Source of the DNA: a virus
Lineage: Duplodnaviria; Caudoviricetes
Virus record (IMG/VR): IMGVR_UViG_3300046475_000120
Location: 1,183-65,182 of that record
DNA length: 64,000 nucleotides
Reading direction: 5' to 3' (one strand)
The position numbers and the translations under genes were made by a program. This document shows, one piece after another, positions 62,801 to 64,000 of the stretch (position 1 is the first letter of the stretch; the number at the start of each line of letters is the position of its first letter). Under the pieces are notes generated by a model. The model did no database searches and was not told where the DNA came from. It was given only the letters and a program-made list of their open reading frames with translations.

Positions 62801-64000
62801 GATCGATGCCTACAAGTCGAATTTTGACGACGGCTGGAAGGTTGGCCCCGTCACTGAAATGCACATCGACGACTTCAAGGCATGGCTGCGCGATGGCGAC
62901 ACGAAGCAGCCAGTGGGAGAAATGCCGGAGCCAGTGGCCAAAAAAGTGCCGGAAGTGGCACCAAAGGCTGCACCAACGCCGAAAGCCGAGCGCCTCAACG
63001 AAGCGCGCGCCAAGCACCAGCGCCAGGACGAAGCCGTTGCAAAGGCAGCGGAGAACATCGCCAAGCGTAAGGCAGCGGCGGAACCTGTTGCAGAACCTGT
63101 ACCGGCCGAAAAAGTGTCACTCTCGCTCGGCAAGCTGCCCAACTCGGCCGAGCCGATCACGGTGCGCGATGGCGTGGTGCATATCGGCGAATACGGCGTG
63201 CAGGATTACGACACCGGGGCCGACGTCACGGTGCCGAACGACGCCACGCCGCAGCAGATCCGCGACGCGCTGACCAAGGCCGGTGCCATCGGGCGCGGCA
63301 ACCGTATCTTCGGGATGCCGAAGGAAGCCGACACCGGGACGACCAAGGCGCCGCGCGCAGGCAAGGCGAAATCGGAGTCGGCGCGCGCGCAGGAACTGTA
63401 CGACCGCATCGGCGACGAGATGGTGGCGCAGCACAGCGACAAGGTCGGCACCGAAGCGATGCGCGCGCACCTCGACAAACTGGTGAAGGAAGACCCGAAG
63501 AAGTTTATCCAGTTGGCCGAGAAGCACATGGCCGACGCCGAAAAAGAAGGCGTCACGCTCAACGACATCACTGACCCCAAGGATACCCGCACCATCGAAG
63601 TCGATGGCGTGCGCCGCCCGATCCGCACCAGCGATGGCGAACTGGTCGCGCCGACGTTCGACGGACAGAAGGAATTCTGGCGCAACTATGCGGGCGAGGT
63701 GGACGAGAAGGGCCGTCCGATCATCGACCGCCAGCACGACATCGGCAGCGAGCAGTCGCGCGCCATGATGGCTGACGGACCGCTGGCGCGCATGGAGGAA
63801 CCGAAGCGCGTCGTGATTATGGCCGAACTCAAGCGCATGCAGCGGCTGCAGGCCTCCGGCAAGATGACGGCGGAAGCCTACCGCCTCAAGGTCGACGAAC
63901 TGATCGGCAAGATCGGCGAACGCAACGAGGCGCGCGAAAACGCCAAGGCAGTCGACAAGAAGCGCGGCCCGGACTGGGTCGAGGAACGGCTGATGCGCGC
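59898..64000 (+). CDS. Giant polyvalent virion protein, N-terminal part (3'-truncated): lytic transglycosylase + inorganic-pyrophosphatase-like domain
   Basis: GTG start with GAGG RBS, open to the window end; ALAHQESNYNP..SSGAQGIMNYMP SLT motif; ENPRGS.R..HYGYIKRT.GADDEHVD.YIGP..DEHKVMMG PPase-like motif. Confidence 0.88.
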   Translation, partial: MPTNPNPFMRSSFDALADQTAAPVEPVAVPQPAEMPEPMAATPGLAVAVPAAPAVAVQSPVGKPDALAPPPDLRGVFEGSAKAFNVPVNVLMALAHQESNYNPLSVNTSSGAQGIMNYMPATSKSLGINPFDPNEAIPAAAKQLRERLDNGASMADAVKEHFAGPNRGLWKDKTAAYGDQVLSKAGQIGALLYPANGTAGEEDDDEADGPAKPGEPVNQNRFSAAMSRPDYYANFIALNPRATPDAIQNAMAQYDVDAAARTKNATSRVQDKFAQMSSPEAAFNAKLNAKLQGDNEGLAQVLPANAQPANPVSQTVAPSTAATIGANITGGALSGLTGAMAAGASLIGDDATAKDIDGARAQVEARMKELGGDTILGKAASLVGGVAPALAAPEGAMAQLAVNAGLFALPAARDTYHAQIAKGASQTLAVIHAAEAAGINLAMPMVATRGLGAVANKLGAEGLTGIGGAAAGIGQAAVEGVGFSAANTALDKGTDVLAGQQNDAPWIDPKDMAAQALGFGALRGAHALAGSPAAVQEAIPSPAPAEAVTGPLTAAVHAAAPAEPAPLPRGASVADQLRALRPVDAPAGPLTDALHGAAAAHDANPIDAPEIPQAPPAPPPIESVHIDDLRGRLKTAVAAIKENRTPELIVERNLVQKEINARSKEAADETAQLAEQPASTGPFDTREEAVKMAPRLAEQTATVHEVVNRDGKFVLQPVKEDGNGAVLPEGTADGSGSAGTAAGAKPADGAGYPGPADVPGVDGADAGRPVGQVQPDRVRSEPAKKPVPALSEAETNPYATRRFASADAARSFMDKNKVDANGFEVVPHGSKQFKIKPKDPAVAALDAAAHEAATSPQNDLPEPTDAQKEAGNYKKGHVTVHGLDITVENPRGSERSGTSPDGTAWSHEMSDHYGYIKRTIGADDEHVDTYIGPKPESDKVFVVDQIDQPTGKFDEHKVMMGYPDEKSAIDAYKSNFDDGWKVGPVTEMHIDDFKAWLRDGDTKQPVGEMPEPVAKKVPEVAPKAAPTPKAERLNEARAKHQRQDEAVAKAAENIAKRKAAAEPVAEPVPAEKVSLSLGKLPNSAEPITVRDGVVHIGEYGVQDYDTGADVTVPNDATPQQIRDALTKAGAIGRGNRIFGMPKEADTGTTKAPRAGKAKSESARAQELYDRIGDEMVAQHSDKVGTEAMRAHLDKLVKEDPKKFIQLAEKHMADAEKEGVTLNDITDPKDTRTIEVDGVRRPIRTSDGELVAPTFDGQKEFWRNYAGEVDEKGRPIIDRQHDIGSEQSRAMMADGPLARMEEPKRVVIMAELKRMQRLQASGKMTAEAYRLKVDELIGKIGERNEARENAKAVDKKRGPDWVEERLMR
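62065..62268 (+). CDS. 67-aa gene nested in the +1 frame of the giant protein
   Basis: AAGGA RBS 8 nt upstream; about 58 of 67 codons end in G/C versus about one third in the host frame over the same span. Confidence 0.7.
   Translation: MAQFYLKEPLTEAAALELLQAQNRLTVQDIRDLQMFLASTEPMPADLWDKYNLIVFAQSQPKSQYLH

Larger units (their letters stand above)
1..64000. mobile_element. Tailed phage genome (podovirus-like, Bcep22/Lessievirus-like morphogenesis synteny), probably circularly permuted within the giant virion protein gene
   Basis: Terminase, portal, capsid, tail, lysis, repressor, recombination and replication genes fill the window; no host genes at either edge; both edges lie inside a large polyvalent protein ORF. 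Confidence 0.93.

Noticed and set aside
128-63737. Numerous long antisense and alternative-frame ORFs in the ORF track (e.g. 17006-18391, 43676-45298, 49321-51042, 54698-56200, 61145-62458)
   Set aside because: Expected shadows of high-GC3 genes: no RBS or family motifs and Arg/Gly/Ala-biased composition, unlike the three overlaps accepted (o-spanin, MTase beta, 62065 ORF)

Overview
The whole 64 kb window is phage DNA, with no host housekeeping genes. It looks like a nearly complete podovirus-type genome with Bcep22/Lessievirus-like structural synteny: TerS-TerL-portal-scaffold-CsrA-like-N4 gp56-type capsid-tailspike-adaptors-GNAT-internal proteins-PAPS-reductase-like-giant polyvalent protein-lysis. 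It appears to be opened inside the giant polyvalent virion gene, because the window starts with the C-terminus and ends with the N-terminus of such a gene. Small HTH and peptide families suggest an Oxalobacteraceae (Massilia/Duganella/Janthinobacterium-like) host; this rests on my recollection of those families. Layout: giant protein C-terminus and lysis cassette (1-4.9 kb); a 9 kb block of glycan-active/Ig-repeat fibre genes behind the lysis genes (4.9-14 kb); a small moron; a leftward recombination arm (ERF, exonuclease); CI/Cro-like switch; SSB, two DNA methyltransferases, DUF1376 initiator with iterons and DnaB-like helicase; an accessory early region with a PAPS-reductase-like gene; a structured-RNA cluster ending in tRNA-Asp; then morphogenesis genes. 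No integrase, ParA, reverse transcriptase or CRISPR array was seen. The strongest leads are: (i) a promoter-driven cluster of pseudoknotted, partly tRNA-like ncRNAs in front of tRNA-Asp; (ii) a C5 methyltransferase encoded in two fully overlapping reading frames, the second carrying four tandem TRD-like modules; (iii) a small gene nested in the +1 frame of the giant virion protein; (iv) C-terminally anchored, depolymerase-like Ig fibres; (v) a 48-bp late-promoter motif present three times. All domain calls come from motif recognition by eye, not from database searches, and RNA pairings were worked out by hand.
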